This document shows positions 26,895-39,579 of a DNA stretch of 64,000 nucleotides, in pieces. Made by a program: the position numbers and the translations under genes. Location of the stretch: assembly GCA_951406725.2 (NCBI GenBank), contig OX597819.1:113460001-113524000 (forward strand). Direction: 5' to 3'. Source of the stretch: Octopus vulgaris. Lineage: Eukaryota. Position 1 is the stretch's first letter. Each line of letters opens with the position of its first letter. The notes beneath the pieces were generated by a model, which made no database searches, was not told the DNA's origin, and saw only the letters and a list, made by a program, of their open reading frames with translations.

Positions 26895-27530
26895 AAAAAA
26901 GTATATCTGCTTTGTTTTATTCGGCAGCAATGCAAAGACCCATGGAAAACTGCTGCCTTTAACTTGTACACAAATGCTAAACAGCTGAAACCACTGAATG
27001 AATGTTCCATCACATTTTTTTTAACGTTCCATCACATGCCCAATGATGATATGATGCTATACCCTGAAGAGCACTTTCTGATGCAAATACTAGTATACGC
27101 TGTTGATCCTCGATACCCAAATTGTATCTCAGAAACTGTTCGCCATTATCAAGTTTACAATATTCTTCAGGTATTTCAAAACCAGTCCTAGCCCCTGATT
27201 AGTGGGAAATCCTGAATTTTTTTTGTTAGCACCTTTGAATAATCCTGGAAAGCAGAGGCAAGCAAGGAAGTTGCAAGTAAGTATTTTCTGTTAGCCGCGT
27301 AAAATTAGCTGCTATTATGCTATGCGAAATTGCTGCAATGTTTTCCACAGCTTCATACTTTATTTCTGCAACTGCTTTTCTAGCATTTAACGAATCTACA
27401 TCAGCTGGATGGAGGTGCTCACTAGAAAAATAAATAATTTTTGGCTCATTGTTTTCCATTACGGTGTGAATATGCACTGAACATAGCTTTCTTTTCTCAC
27501 ATCTCCAGTATCCTTTTCCTAGTTTTGTTA
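26895..27530 (-). mobile_element. Mutator-like (MULE) transposase relic with FLYWCH domain; upstream part probably resumes near 28960-29040
   Basis: Minus strand gives GKGYWRCEKRKLCSVHIHT...SEHLH (FLYWCH-like). After frameshifts it gives EQFLRYNLGIEDQQRILVFASESALQ..HWACDGT..QLFSI..FPWVFALLPNKT, typical of MULE DDE domains. Confidence 0.75.
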
Positions 27531-28960
27531 TTTCATTTCATTTGAGTTTGAGTCCATGCTCAGGCCAAGTCGAAGACTCCACCCTCAGAGTCTGGTGTGG
27601 TTGCCAGGTTGTATTCTCTGTTTAATTTTGACATGTGTAGGAGCGAGTTTGAGTCAGTTTGTGCTCGTTGTGTATATCCTGGGAGATGGGGTTCATCTCT
27701 AATGGTGCTTAAGTATCTATCCAGCTGCAATTTGAATGATTCCACACTGCATCCTGATAGATTTCTGACATGTACCGGAATGGAGTTGAATAGTTGTGCT
27801 CCTCGAACCAACAGACTTGACTCTCGCAGGGTTTTTGCTGCCTGGCCAGCCTTTTTGTTGATTGGTGGTAGCTGGCAGCGTCTTCCGTGGTGCAATGAGT
27901 GGTAGGTTTTGATACCAAAGTTTGGCACCTTTTGCTCTATCATTTTCCAAATGTGTATAATTCGGTATTGCTCAAATCTTCTTTCTATTGAGTACATCTT
28001 CAAGGTTTTGAGTCTTAGCCAATAGTCCAGGTCCCTCGTTTCTGAGAAGTATGAGGTAAAATTTCTTTGGAGCGATTCCATCTTAGATAGTTGGCCCTTT
28101 GTTGTTGGTGACCACAACTGAGAACAGTAGTCAATCCTCGGAAGTATCATACTGTTCCAGAGGGTTTTCATTGTCGAAGTATCTCTTGATTTGAAGGTGC
28201 GCAAGATCCACCCGCTGTACTTTCTTGCAGTAAGACAGACTGAGTCAAGGTGTTCTCTGAATTTTAGGCTGGGTCCCATGTGGATGCCTAAATCTTTCAC
28301 ATACTGTTTTTCCATTATTTGTTGTCCTGATGGGTTTCTGTAGTTTGTTGTATTTTTCAGATCTTGATCTGTTCCGTAGCGAATTAGTTCAAACTTCTTA
28401 TCATTGAACAACATGTTGTTTGTTTCCTGCCATTTATATATGGTGGTCAGGTCCTTTTGTAAGGCCTCTGTATCCACCCTCGTCTTTGATTTGTCTCATG
28501 ACCCTGGTGTCATCAGCAAAGGATGAGACGTTGCTGGTTGTATCTTCATCTATGTCAGAGATGAGGATGAGAAACAGGATTGGGCAGAGTACTGTGCCCT
28601 GAGGAACACTGCTGGTCACAGGTGATGGTGTTGAATGGGTTCCATTTACAGTGACTGTTTGAGTACTATTTGTAAGGAACTCATGTATCCATGTACCAAC
28701 TTTTCTTCCTACTCCTAGCTTTCGAAGTTTGTGACCCAGGATGCCATGATCTACCTTGTCAAATGCCTTGGCAAAGTCAAGGTAAATAACATCTGTGTTG
28801 TATCCATTCTCTAGATTTTCTAGGATTTGGTCATGGTGTGCCAGTAGTTGGGAAAGACATGATCTACCTAACCTGAATCCATGCTGGTTGCAATTCATCA
28901 GATTGTTAGATTCCAGGAACTCAACCAGTTTTCCACGAACTATTCTTTCGAAGACCTTGA
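27530..28960 (-). mobile_element. 5'-truncated CR1/L2-group LINE (RT and C-terminal domain) with a short pentamer/hexamer tail
   Basis: ORFs 28434-28898 (QHGFRLGRSCLSQL, YLDFAKAFDKVDH, VPQGTVLCPILF, FADDT) and 27560-28477 (KDLGI, RIDYCSQLWSP, LFNSIP); one frameshift. Tail (aaactc)(aaatg)n on minus. Confidence 0.88.
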
Positions 28961-29883
28961 TATGAATTCAACCTTATGCTTGAATGAAAATCATTGATGT
29001 AATTACTTACATCAACTGCTTTGTTATTTCGGGATGGGTAAATTAAAAATGTGTGCTCTAAATTTGCAGCACTCTCTACACACAGAACCGTACTTAAGAG
29101 AGAGAAGGAAAAAGAGGAAGTAAAACTGTTAACACAGAAGGAAAAAGAACGATAATAACAATCCTATAATGAGGCTTCTTAGATTTCGGAGAATATATCA
29201 TTAGAGATATTTCACCTTGTTTTCTAAAGAGTTTATTTAAAATTGACAAAAAGTTGGACAAAGAAAACATTTGACAAAAAGACAGACAAAGTGACATTAG
29301 ATGAAGTGACGCCAGACGAAAAAACATAGCACCGTCATGCACATATGGTTGTGATGCTTGTGTCTGATGTGCCCTTATCAGACAGGTAGTTATGATGGGT
29401 ATATTGGGCTTCGTATACTTGTACCCCAGTGTCACTTTGGTGGTATGCACTGCTCCTTCACTCCCTAATAACAATCTTTTATTTATTAGCTTCAAGGTCT
29501 CAGAGAGATACAAAACACATAAAACTTTCACTAGGAATTACAAAGAAAGAAAAAAAGTAGAGAGTGAAAGAGAAGTCAAATACGAAAAGAGGGGATGGAT
29601 GATATTATACTAAATATGGAAGAATGTATAAAGAGCTTAAAAGCATCTTCATACATACATACATGAACACACATACTTATGCATATATATGTATAAGTAT
29701 GTGTATTAGCATGGAAAAATAAGGCAAAATACAATAATTAAAAACTATGTAAAAAATCGACTTTTTGTTGTCTTTGTCTATCTCAGGGTTTCCTTACATG
29801 GCTGTAGGTCATTTTTACAAATTCTCTACTGAAAAATCTCATTTTGTAAAAGCGGATGAAATACCACTAAGCATTTTGCTCAG

Positions 29884-31792
29884 CATCATCATCATCATCA
29901 TCGTTTAGCGTCCGTTTTCCATGCTGCCACGAGCTGGATGGTTTGACTGGGGACTGGCAAGCCAGGAGACTGCACCAGGCTCCAATCTTATCTAGCAATG
30001 TTTCTACACCTGGATGCCCTTCCTCATGCCAACCACTCTGAGAGTATAGTGGCTGCTTTTTACATGCCACCAGCACGAGAGCCAGTCAGGCGGCACTGGC
30101 ATCAGCCACGTTAGGATGGTGCTTTTTATGTGCCATCAGCACAGGAGCCAGTCGGGGTGAAGGCACTGGCATTAACCACATTCAGATGGTGCTTTTTAGG
30201 TGCTATCAGCATGGGAGCCAGTCAGGCGGCACTGGCAATGACACACGCATGAATGGTGCTAATTGCGAGCCACCAGCATGGGAGCCAGCCAGGCGGCACT
30301 GGCATCAGCCACAACTACAATTTGCATTTGATTAGATTTTGATTTGCTTGACTCAATAGGTCTCCTCAAGCATGGCATGTCGCCCAACGATCCAAAGGTA
30401 CATTTTTAAGTAGGTTGGTTATGCGACACTGGTGTAGGCTACAGCTGTGATATCACTTTTCTTGCCAGGTCTTCTCATTCACAGTATATCTGTCTCGGTC
30501 TTTCGTCATTGCATCACCACCTCATCCCATGTCTTCATGGGTCTCCCTCTACAACTGGCTCCTTGTACTGTTTGGGAGTGACACTTCTTCACACAGCTCT
30601 CCTCATCCATATGTAACACATGACCATACCAGTGCAGTCATCTCTCTTGCATGCCACATCTGATGCTTCTTATGTCCAACATTTCTCTCAGGGCGCTTAC
30701 AATCTGTCGTGTGTGCACACTGACATTACACATCCACTGGATCATGCTAGTTTCATTTCTTTCACGACTACGCATGTCCTTAGCAGTTGTGGCCCATGTT
30801 TCACTGCCGTAAAGCATGGCAGTTTGCACACATGCATGCATTGTATAATCTACCTTTCACTCTGAGCGAGAGGCCCTTTGTCACCAGTAGAGGTAGGAGC
30901 TCTCTGAACTTTGCCCAGGCTAATTTTATTCTAGTGGTGACGCAATCTGAGCATCTATCCTCCACTACAGACTTGGTCACCTAGGTAGCGGAAGCTATTG
31001 ACTACTTCTAGTTTCTCCCACTAGCATGTGATGGAATTTATTGCCCCTGTGCATCTGCCACACATGAAAGCTATCTTCCCAGTTAACCTTCCTTTGATGT
31101 TGCTGCACCTCTTATGTATCCATAGCTTATACTAGGTACATCTTATGGAGTTTCTACCTACACCTTTTCTACAGATCAAGTAGAGCCATCTATGTGAATG
31201 GGTTTGTGATGTGTTCGTCTTCCTACTTACTAGGACTTTGGTTTTTGCAACATTGACTTCAAGGCCCTTCAATTCTAAACCTTGCTTCCACACCTGAAAT
31301 TTCTTCTCTAGTTCTGGTAGTGATTCTGCTATGAGAGTAAGGTCATCAACATAGTGGAGCTCCCAGGGGCAACCTGTCTTGAATTCCTCTGTTATTGCCT
31401 GGAGGACTATGATGAATAAGAGGGGGCTGAGAGCTGACCTTGGTGGACCCCTAGTTCTACCCAGAATTCTTCAATATACTCACTGCCACCCCTAACTTTA
31501 CTAACGACGTCTCTGTACAGCTCTTATTAACCACTCGTCAATCCCTAGTTTCTGCATCGCCCACCAGATAAGGGATTGGGGGACCCTGTCAAAGGCTTTC
31601 TCCAAATCCACAAAAGTCAAGTATAGGGGGTATATCCTTGGCTAGGTATTTCTCCTGCAGTTGCTGTACCAGGAATATAGCATCAGCGGTGCTTCTACCT
31701 GGCACAAAACTGAACTGCATCTCATCTAAGCAGACTCTCTCCCTAATTAGTGGGGCTATGACCCTCTCCATGACCTTCATCACCTGATCCAG
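29884..31792 (-). mobile_element. Second, more degraded RTE LINE copy (RT C-terminal half plus 3' UTR)
   Basis: Colinear with 23275-25620: LDQVMKVMERV..DEMQFSFVPGRST, MLYGSETW, same 3' UTR repeats and CAT tail. Confidence 0.88.
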
Positions 31793-33249
31793 CATGCTAA
31801 TGATTCTACCGGCTCACCACCTTAAGGCCAACAGTTTTGACAGGGGGAGGTAAATTGATGCCAACTATTCCAATACTTGAATGGTACTTTATGTTCTCTA
31901 CCCCTGGATAGGGTTAGATAAAATGAAGATAAATTAAATGAGTACCAAAAGTGCTGGATAAAATAAGTTTTCTCAATTTGGAGTCATATGGAAATAAACA
32001 ACAATAATAAAATAGGAAAATATATGTAAAATTCAACACATCCATTAACAACAATTTCCAAAACATAAAATTACTAGGTTTAATACATTTACTAACAGGA
32101 TATATTCCATAAATTGAACGTATCAAACATATTAATACACATACACGTGCACACACACACACACAATATATAATACACTGTGTGTACCAAAGACATGTAA
32201 ATAAATGTTGAAATGTGAGACAATGAGAACAATGTTAATCACAAAACTAAAAGTGTTTATTTCTTAAATAAGCAGAAAAGTTGCTAATGCTGTATGCAAA
32301 ATAAAAGATTGAAGAGTTGGTGGGTTTCAAAATAATTTTTTGCTCAGCAAAGAATATCAAACATTTTCATTGAAAGAGAATTTTAATTGCTATTTTTGAA
32401 ATTGTATTAGAATTGCTAAAAGCACAGGGGATTAATTTTAAATCCTTTCTCTGACAAATGAATTGCACAAAAGAAGTAAATACTTTATTAGCAGCATATA
32501 ACATGCATAGGTAACATGTCCGTGTAGATATTAATGATGATCTTCATGGGTTGGCCAGTCTAAAAATTCTGTGATTTAAAAAAGTTGATACAAAGACAGG
32601 AATAATATAATTCTGTGTGGAAGACTTGACCAACAAACTCAAGGACGAAAAGTTTACGTAAGAGTGATGATGATGATGACAGTGGCAATAATGATGATGA
32701 CTGTGATTATAGCAACAATTTTTTTTTTCCCAGTATTTTTTTAATGCAGATTTAATATGTAATTCAGAAACTGTAGAATCCAAATAGTTTGGAGTTTAAA
32801 AGAGAACTCAGATACACAGTTATGGGTCAATAGAAAGTATAAAACAACAGAAACTAGAATAAATATGTAACAGAGAAACTGTTGGTGTTCAAATAGACCT
32901 TTCCGATACTAACCTACCTTTGACCGGCACTGGATCAAGGATATAAACGGCATATTTTAAAAGGCTCATCATTATCATCATCATCATCATCATCATTTAA
33001 CATCCGCTTTCCATGCTGGCATGGGTTGAAATCAAAATTTTTCAATTTTATGAAAGAAAATATAATTCTCCAAACATCATAAAAATAATGAGAAATTTGG
33101 TTATTTTATAAAAATACCTGAAACTGAGTTATTTTCAATATTGTACAAAAAACAACAACAGTATTCTTCTTTGGAAATAGTCAGTAAAGAAAATGTTTCT
33201 TCGACTTGAAAGAATTCCTCTGTATTGAAAGTGTAGTGTAAACCAAATC

Positions 33250-34173
33250 CTAAAATTTCTCCTCAATTTCAAAAATAATTTTATCCCTAGTAAAAATATT
33301 TACAAAACTTTTCCGGAATATTTTATTGCAGAATCCATACACCATGGGATTTAAGGAGGAATTTAGTATCCAAGTACGGTATAAAACCACTTTAAAGATC
33401 TGCAACAAATTAGAATCTTTGCAGTATGGATATATGACAAAGAAGATGAGGAATGGCGAAAAACTGACAGTATACAAAACAGAGATTGAGAAAAGTACAA
33501 TGATGGTGTGATTGATTCGTTGTTGTCTGGGAGCTTCTTCTTTACTTTGCTTTTTCCTGAGACGCTGAGTAATAGTTTTCCAAACAAAGGAATAAAGTAC
33601 AGTCAAGGCTAGGAGAAGTATAGCGTGAAGAATTAAGGCTACTAGAGTATATGACCAGACAGATGACCTTCTAAGGTCACTACCACATATCATGTACATC
33701 TTGTTTTCATAGGTAAAGGGAACACCTTCAGTATAGATAATAATTGGTAATATTAGTATGACCGATGTTATTGCTATGGAAACAATAAGTCTCTGGCGTA
33801 GGTTTTGGGTAATTTGTTTTCCATGTGGACGACATATTTTTCTGAACCTTTCGACGGCAACTGTGAGAAGAATGAGGGATGACATGATAGAACAGGTGAA
33901 GACAATAAACTTGTATAATTTACACAAATAATTTGATTGAATTGCAGGATAAAGTTCAGCCATTTCCAGAGGCATTCCAAAGATACATCCAATGAGATCA
34001 ATGACAGCCAGTACAAGGATGAATGCTTCTACATTGCTTTTCTGGGACTGTCGTGCATAAATATAGATCACAAATATGTTACCAACTAGTCCCACAATTA
34101 GGAAGAAAGGTATCATACTAAAAACAATTAATCTTGAAATCAAAACAGGATCAGACAAATGGGTTGCATTCAT
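33250..34173 (-). CDS. Intronless rhodopsin-like (class A) GPCR, orphan/peptide-receptor-like, 307 aa
   Basis: Uninterrupted ORF with seven hydrophobic segments, TM1 GLVGN, TM2 LAVID, TM3 Cys and AVERF (DRY variant), TM6 SFSPF, TM7 NSSLNPMVY, and helix-8 FRK. Confidence 0.9.
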   Translation of the reverse strand: MNATHLSDPVLISRLIVFSMIPFFLIVGLVGNIFVIYIYARQSQKSNVEAFILVLAVIDLIGCIFGMPLEMAELYPAIQSNYLCKLYKFIVFTCSIMSSLILLTVAVERFRKICRPHGKQITQNLRQRLIVSIAITSVILILPIIIYTEGVPFTYENKMYMICGSDLRRSSVWSYTLVALILHAILLLALTVLYSFVWKTITQRLRKKQSKEEAPRQQRINHTIIVLFSISVLYTVSFSPFLIFFVIYPYCKDSNLLQIFKVVLYRTWILNSSLNPMVYGFCNKIFRKSFVNIFTRDKIIFEIEEKF

Positions 34174-36509
34174 GTTGAAACAAGAGGGTAGTTTATAGTT
34201 TAGTATGTTTAACGTGTATATGTTGATTGTTGAAATGTATATATGTGTATGCTTGTATTAGTACATATATATATATATATTTATATTGTATGGTAATTAA
34301 CTTGATTAGTCCATTACCGGTAGACTGAAAATCATTTGTAATCCAAACTTCTATGTTGGAGATGATATTGGAATTCTGTTCTTGTAGTTGAGTCCTTATA
34401 CAAATGCAATTACAATGTGGAATAAACTTATCCGACAGAGATTTCAAAGGAATTTGCAATAATTTGTCTGATAAGTTGCTTAAATATATATTATACAGAC
34501 TAAAATACATCCTGCTTAATTTTACTAATTAGTTTCAAAGTAGATCACCTCATCACAAATATGTACTAAGTTATGAAACCTAAATAACAACAATGATTTT
34601 AATACTATCACTTTACTAAATTGCACTATTTAGTGATGACGACCAGAAACAAAATATCAGTGGAAAAAAATTCATTCAGATATTTCTTCCAAGTTCAAAC
34701 CTTGCTGAGGCCAAATTTGCCTTTCAAATCTCTATGGTTGAAACAAAGTACCAATCAAGAACTGGTACCAATGGTATTTACTAACACCCTCATCTTCAAA
34801 CTGTTGGCCTTCTGTCTAAATCAAAGACCCATTTAAAGGCAGTAAGCTGGTACAATCTTTAGAACATAGGAGAAAACTTTTGTGGTATTTGTGTCAGCAC
34901 TTTATGGTCTGGGTCCCTAACCAGAAAATTTCAAGTTGGCGTTTTATTCTTTCAGGGGTGGATTAAAGTACCAGTGAAGTCCTGGGACTACTGGTACTGA
35001 CTAATTCCCTCATAGCATGAACACAGCATTTCATCTTTCTATGTTTATTAATGATATAAGAATCCATCAGGTAGATGAGGCCAACAGGATCACAATTATA
35101 TGCTCCACATACAATATAAATTCCCTTGTGCTGATGTCAGAATTTATAATTATTATTATTATTGAGTGAAAGAACAGTGCATGCCATCAAAGTGACACTG
35201 TTGTAAAATATACGAAGCCCAGTATACCCACCATGACTACCCAACTCATAAGAGTACACCAGGCACATGCATCACAACCGTATGTGCATGACATGGTAAT
35301 CTAATATCAAGATAAACAGCACATGACCTAGCAGGTGAGCCCAGTTAGAATTTTCATCAGGTCAAGTAGGCCATCCAGCTCAAAAGGTCCCTGAATGAGG
35401 GTTGTTTAAGGATGTTGAATGAAACATTGTTTCCAGAGGTGAATTATTCAAACCCCAAAGAATTCCTCTCAACATGTGGCTAGGATGCTCCCCCACTACC
35501 TCTGCTTGTGATCAGAGATGCACATATCGTCAGCCACTAAGAGACATGCTCAACTGGTTATGATCAAACAGCTGAGAAGCAAATCTGTGGTATTGAGCAG
35601 AATATTTGCTGTAGTCCATCTTATATACCAAAACAAAACAATGTACATGATAACACTTCCAATCAGTTAAGATCAGAAGCCATGAGAGCCACTGCCTGGT
35701 ACTGCATCAGGGCAGCTACGGCCGCCGCCACCATCATCGCTGTCATCGTTATTATTATATAGGGTGGCAAGCTAGCAGAAATGTTAGCACACTGGGCAAA
35801 ATGCATGATAGTACTTTGTCCCTCTTTACGTTCTGAGTTGAAATTCCACTGAGGTTAACTTTGCCTTTCAGCCTTTTGGGGGTTGACAAAATAAGTAGCA
35901 GTTGAACACTGGAGGTGATGTAATCAACACATCCCCTCCCCCAAATTGCTACCCTTGTGACAAAATTTGAAACCATTATTATTATTATCATTATTATTAT
36001 TATTATCATTATTATTATTATTATATAGGGTGGTGAGCTAGCAGAAATATTAGCAAGGCGGGCAAAATCATCATCATCATCGTTTAACGTCCGTTTTCCA
36101 TGCTAGCATGGGTTGGACGGTTCGACTGGGGTCTGGGAAGCCAGGAAACTGCACCAGGCTCCAGTCTGATCTGGCAGGGTTTCTACAGCTGGATGCCCTT
36201 CCTAATGCCAACCACTCTGTGAGTGTAGTGGGTGCTTTTTATGTCCCACCGGCACAGGTGCCAGTGGAGGCTGGCAACGGCCATGATCAGTTGGTGCTTT
36301 TTACGTGCCACCGACACGGAAGCCAGTCAAGGAGGCGCTGGCATTGGCCACATTCGGATGGTGCTTTTTACGTGCCACCGGCACAGGTATCACAACTACA
36401 ATTTCCGTCCCACTTTTATATCCTGCCACAGGTTGGTATAGATAAATTTTACAGCGGAGGTTTAATCAATGTGTTTACACAACGTACTTCGTGAGACTTC
36501 TAAGATGCT

Positions 36510-38562
36510 CTCTGAATTTTTATTAGGCACAATGGCCTGAACACAGAGGGAATGGTACAAGAGCCGACAGAACAATACAAGTGGGGTCAAAAATATGAAA
36601 TGAATGAATGAAAATAGATTTATATAATGAAGGGAGGTGTAATAGCTACTCTAACCTCACTCTTGAGTAGTACCATTTCATTATATTTTTTCCTCATTTT
36701 TTTTATACCAACATTCATCAATTTAATTTATCTTAATATATGTAATATTGTTTCGATTGTTCAAATTCCATCACAGGTGGTAGATAACCATATTTTACCT
36801 CGCTCCCTAGTGGGTTCACATCAACGCCAAAGCTTGCCTTCAATTTTTTTATAATTATTTAAGTCTATTATTATACACTCCATGCCTGGTATGCGTAAAT
36901 CACCCTCCTCTATAATTTTTATTACCGTCTTCATTTTTGCAATTTTTTCCTCAAATTGCTGTGTTCGACCACTAGTGCATCAGATACTCCCTATGTTTAT
37001 AACTGGCCTGTAATTCTTGTGTGTCTGCTTGTGTGTATTCAACTGGAGACTCTGGGCTGTCTGCGCGTGCTTGTGTATACTTGACTGGAGATTCTGGGCT
37101 GTCCGCGCGTGCTTGTGCATACTTAACAGGATACTCTGGGCTATCTGGGACACTTCTGCATCTCTGCTGCAATGGAATGCGCTGTGTGGGCGCTTGCATG
37201 CCACTTACTTCCTTCTTTTTCTTCGTTTTTGAGTTCTTCGGAGGTGGTGGAGAGTTTCCAAAATCCCTCCTCCCTTGCACCTCCCGGAATCCCTCATCTC
37301 TGCCCTCCACATTTGCCCCCCCTGCACCTTCCTTCAGTTCCTCATTTCTGCCACCCTCCTCCTGCATCTCCTCTCCCGGCGTCCAGCCGTTAAGAAGGGG
37401 ACAATTCACCCCTATGCGCCCCCTCCCTCCACAGTGGCAGCAGATGGGAGGTCTTCCATCCACCACCACTCGCAACTTCACCTCATCTGGCAGCTCCATC
37501 TCCTTGGCAATCTCTTGCAAGCCCAGTGGGGCGGCCCGCATTACAACTTCCAGGCCATATCCCTATCTGTTCACCTGCTTGGTGCAGCTGACCTGCAGCA
37601 CCTCCGGGTCCTCCCTTGTTTCCATTAAGACAGCTGCAAGGAGCCACATCTCACTAATCCCGTGGCACACCCTGCCAATCCACACTCCCGTCACTCGCTC
37701 ACTGAGGCAGGTTGGCAGGAGTGCCCCTTCTTCTGTTTTCAATGTTACAGTGGTGTAATTTACTGCCTCCTCCACAGCAGGGAAGTGCACCTCCACTGTA
37801 CCAAACTTTCTTCCTCTGCAGTAAAATTCAGTTTCACTTCTTATATCTTCCAAGCATTCTTCTATAGCTTCCATTGAAACGTTGAAAACAGAAGAATGGG
37901 CACTCCCGCCAACCTGCCTCAGTAAACATGTGGCGAGAGTGAGGCTTGGCAGGGCGTGCCACAAGATCAATGAGATGCGGCTGCCTGCAGCCATCTTAAT
38001 AGAAACAAAGGAGGACCCAGAAGTGCTGCAAGTCAGCCACACCAAACAAACGAACTGACAGGGACACGGCCTGGAAGCTACAATGCAGGCCACCCCACTG
38101 GGCCTACAAGAAATTACCAAAGAGATAGAGCTACCAGATGAGGTGAAGTTGCCAGTGGTGGTGGATGGAAGACCTCCCATTTGCTACCACTGTGGAAAGA
38201 AAGGGCACGTAAGGGTGAATTGTCCCCTTCTTAACAGCCAGACACCAGGAGAGGAGATACAGGAAGAAAACAACAGAAATGAGGAATTAAAGGAAAACAC
38301 AGAAGAAGCAAATGCAGAAAGCAGAGATGAAGGATTCCGGGAAGTGCAAAAGAGGAAGGATTCCAAAAACTCTCCACCACCTCCGAAAAACTCAAAAAAG
38401 AAGGAAGCAAGTAATATACAAACACCCACACAGCACATTCCATCACAGCAAAAACACAAAAACATCCCAGACAACCCAGAATATCCAGTTAAGTATACAC
38501 AAGCACACACAGACAGACCAGCATCTCCAGTTAAATACACACAAGAATATACACAAGCATTA
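36510..38562 (-). mobile_element. Non-autonomous non-LTR retroelement (gag-like ORF1 with CCHC knuckle) carrying a long fold-back duplication
   Basis: ORFs 36972-37541(-) and 38083-38583(+) are homologous (VVVDGRPPICYHCGKKGHVRVNCP). Arms 37011-37746 and 37878-38562; loop 37747-37877. An A-rich continuation and AATAAA lie on the minus strand toward 36515. Confidence 0.78.
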
Positions 38563-38728
38563 AGAAGATGTCATAATATTTAATTACTATTATCATTACT
38601 ATTATTATTATTATTATTATTAATAATAATATTATTATTATAATCAATTATTAATACCATATTAATATGCATGTACATTTTAATCAGCATATTTATCATT
38701 ATACATTATCATGTTATAATAATAATAA

Positions 38729-38814
<86 letters not shown>

Positions 38815-38817
<3 letters not shown>

Positions 38818-39373
38818 GCCCTGATGCAGTACCAGGCAGTGGCTCTCGTGGCTTCTGATCTTAACTGATTGGAAGTGTTATCATGTACATTGTTTTGTCT
38901 TGGTATAAAAGATGGGCTACAGCAAATATTCCTGCTCAATACCACAGATTTGCTTGTCAGTTGTTTGACCATAACCAGTTGAGCATGTCCCTTAGTGGTT
39001 GATGATATGTGCATCTCTGATCATGAGCAGAAGTAGTGGGGGAGCATCATAGCCATGTGTTGAGAGGAGTTCTTTGGGGTTTGAATAATTCACCTCTGGA
39101 AACATGGGTGTTTCATTCAACATCCTTAAACAACTCTTATTCAGGGACCTTTTGAGCGGAATCGGTTACTTGACCAGAAGAAAATTCTAACTGGGCCCCC
39201 ACCTGCAAGGTCATGTGCTGTTTATCTTGATATGAGATCACCATGTCGCGCACATATGGTTGTGATGCATGTGCCTAGTGTACCCTTATCAGACGGGTAG
39301 TCATGATGGGTATACTGGGCTTCGTATATTTTACCCCAGTGTCACTTTGATGGCATGCACTGCACTCTCACTC

Positions 39374-39400
<27 letters not shown>
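38815..39400 (+). mobile_element. ~560 bp interspersed retroelement with (AAT)n tail; inverted copy at about 35150-35712, fragment at about 29335-29470
   Basis: The sequence gccctgatgcagtaccaggcagtggctctc...gtcactttgatggcatgcactg..ctcactc(aat)n recurs in opposite orientation at 35161-35712. Confidence 0.75.
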
Positions 39401-39419
<19 letters not shown>

Positions 39420-39517
39420 GTAGTAGTAGTAGTAGTAGTAGTAATAATAATAATAATAATGATAATAATAATGATAATAATTATAATAATAATTATAATA
39501 ATGATGATAATTATAAA

Positions 39518-39579
<62 letters not shown>

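Noticed and set aside
35150-39400. Inverted pair of ~560 bp elements flanking the edited hairpin, as possible outer arms of the same edited RNA
   Set aside because: Their mismatches are mixed transitions and transversions with no evident one-strand A-to-G bias; they are best read as independent insertions.
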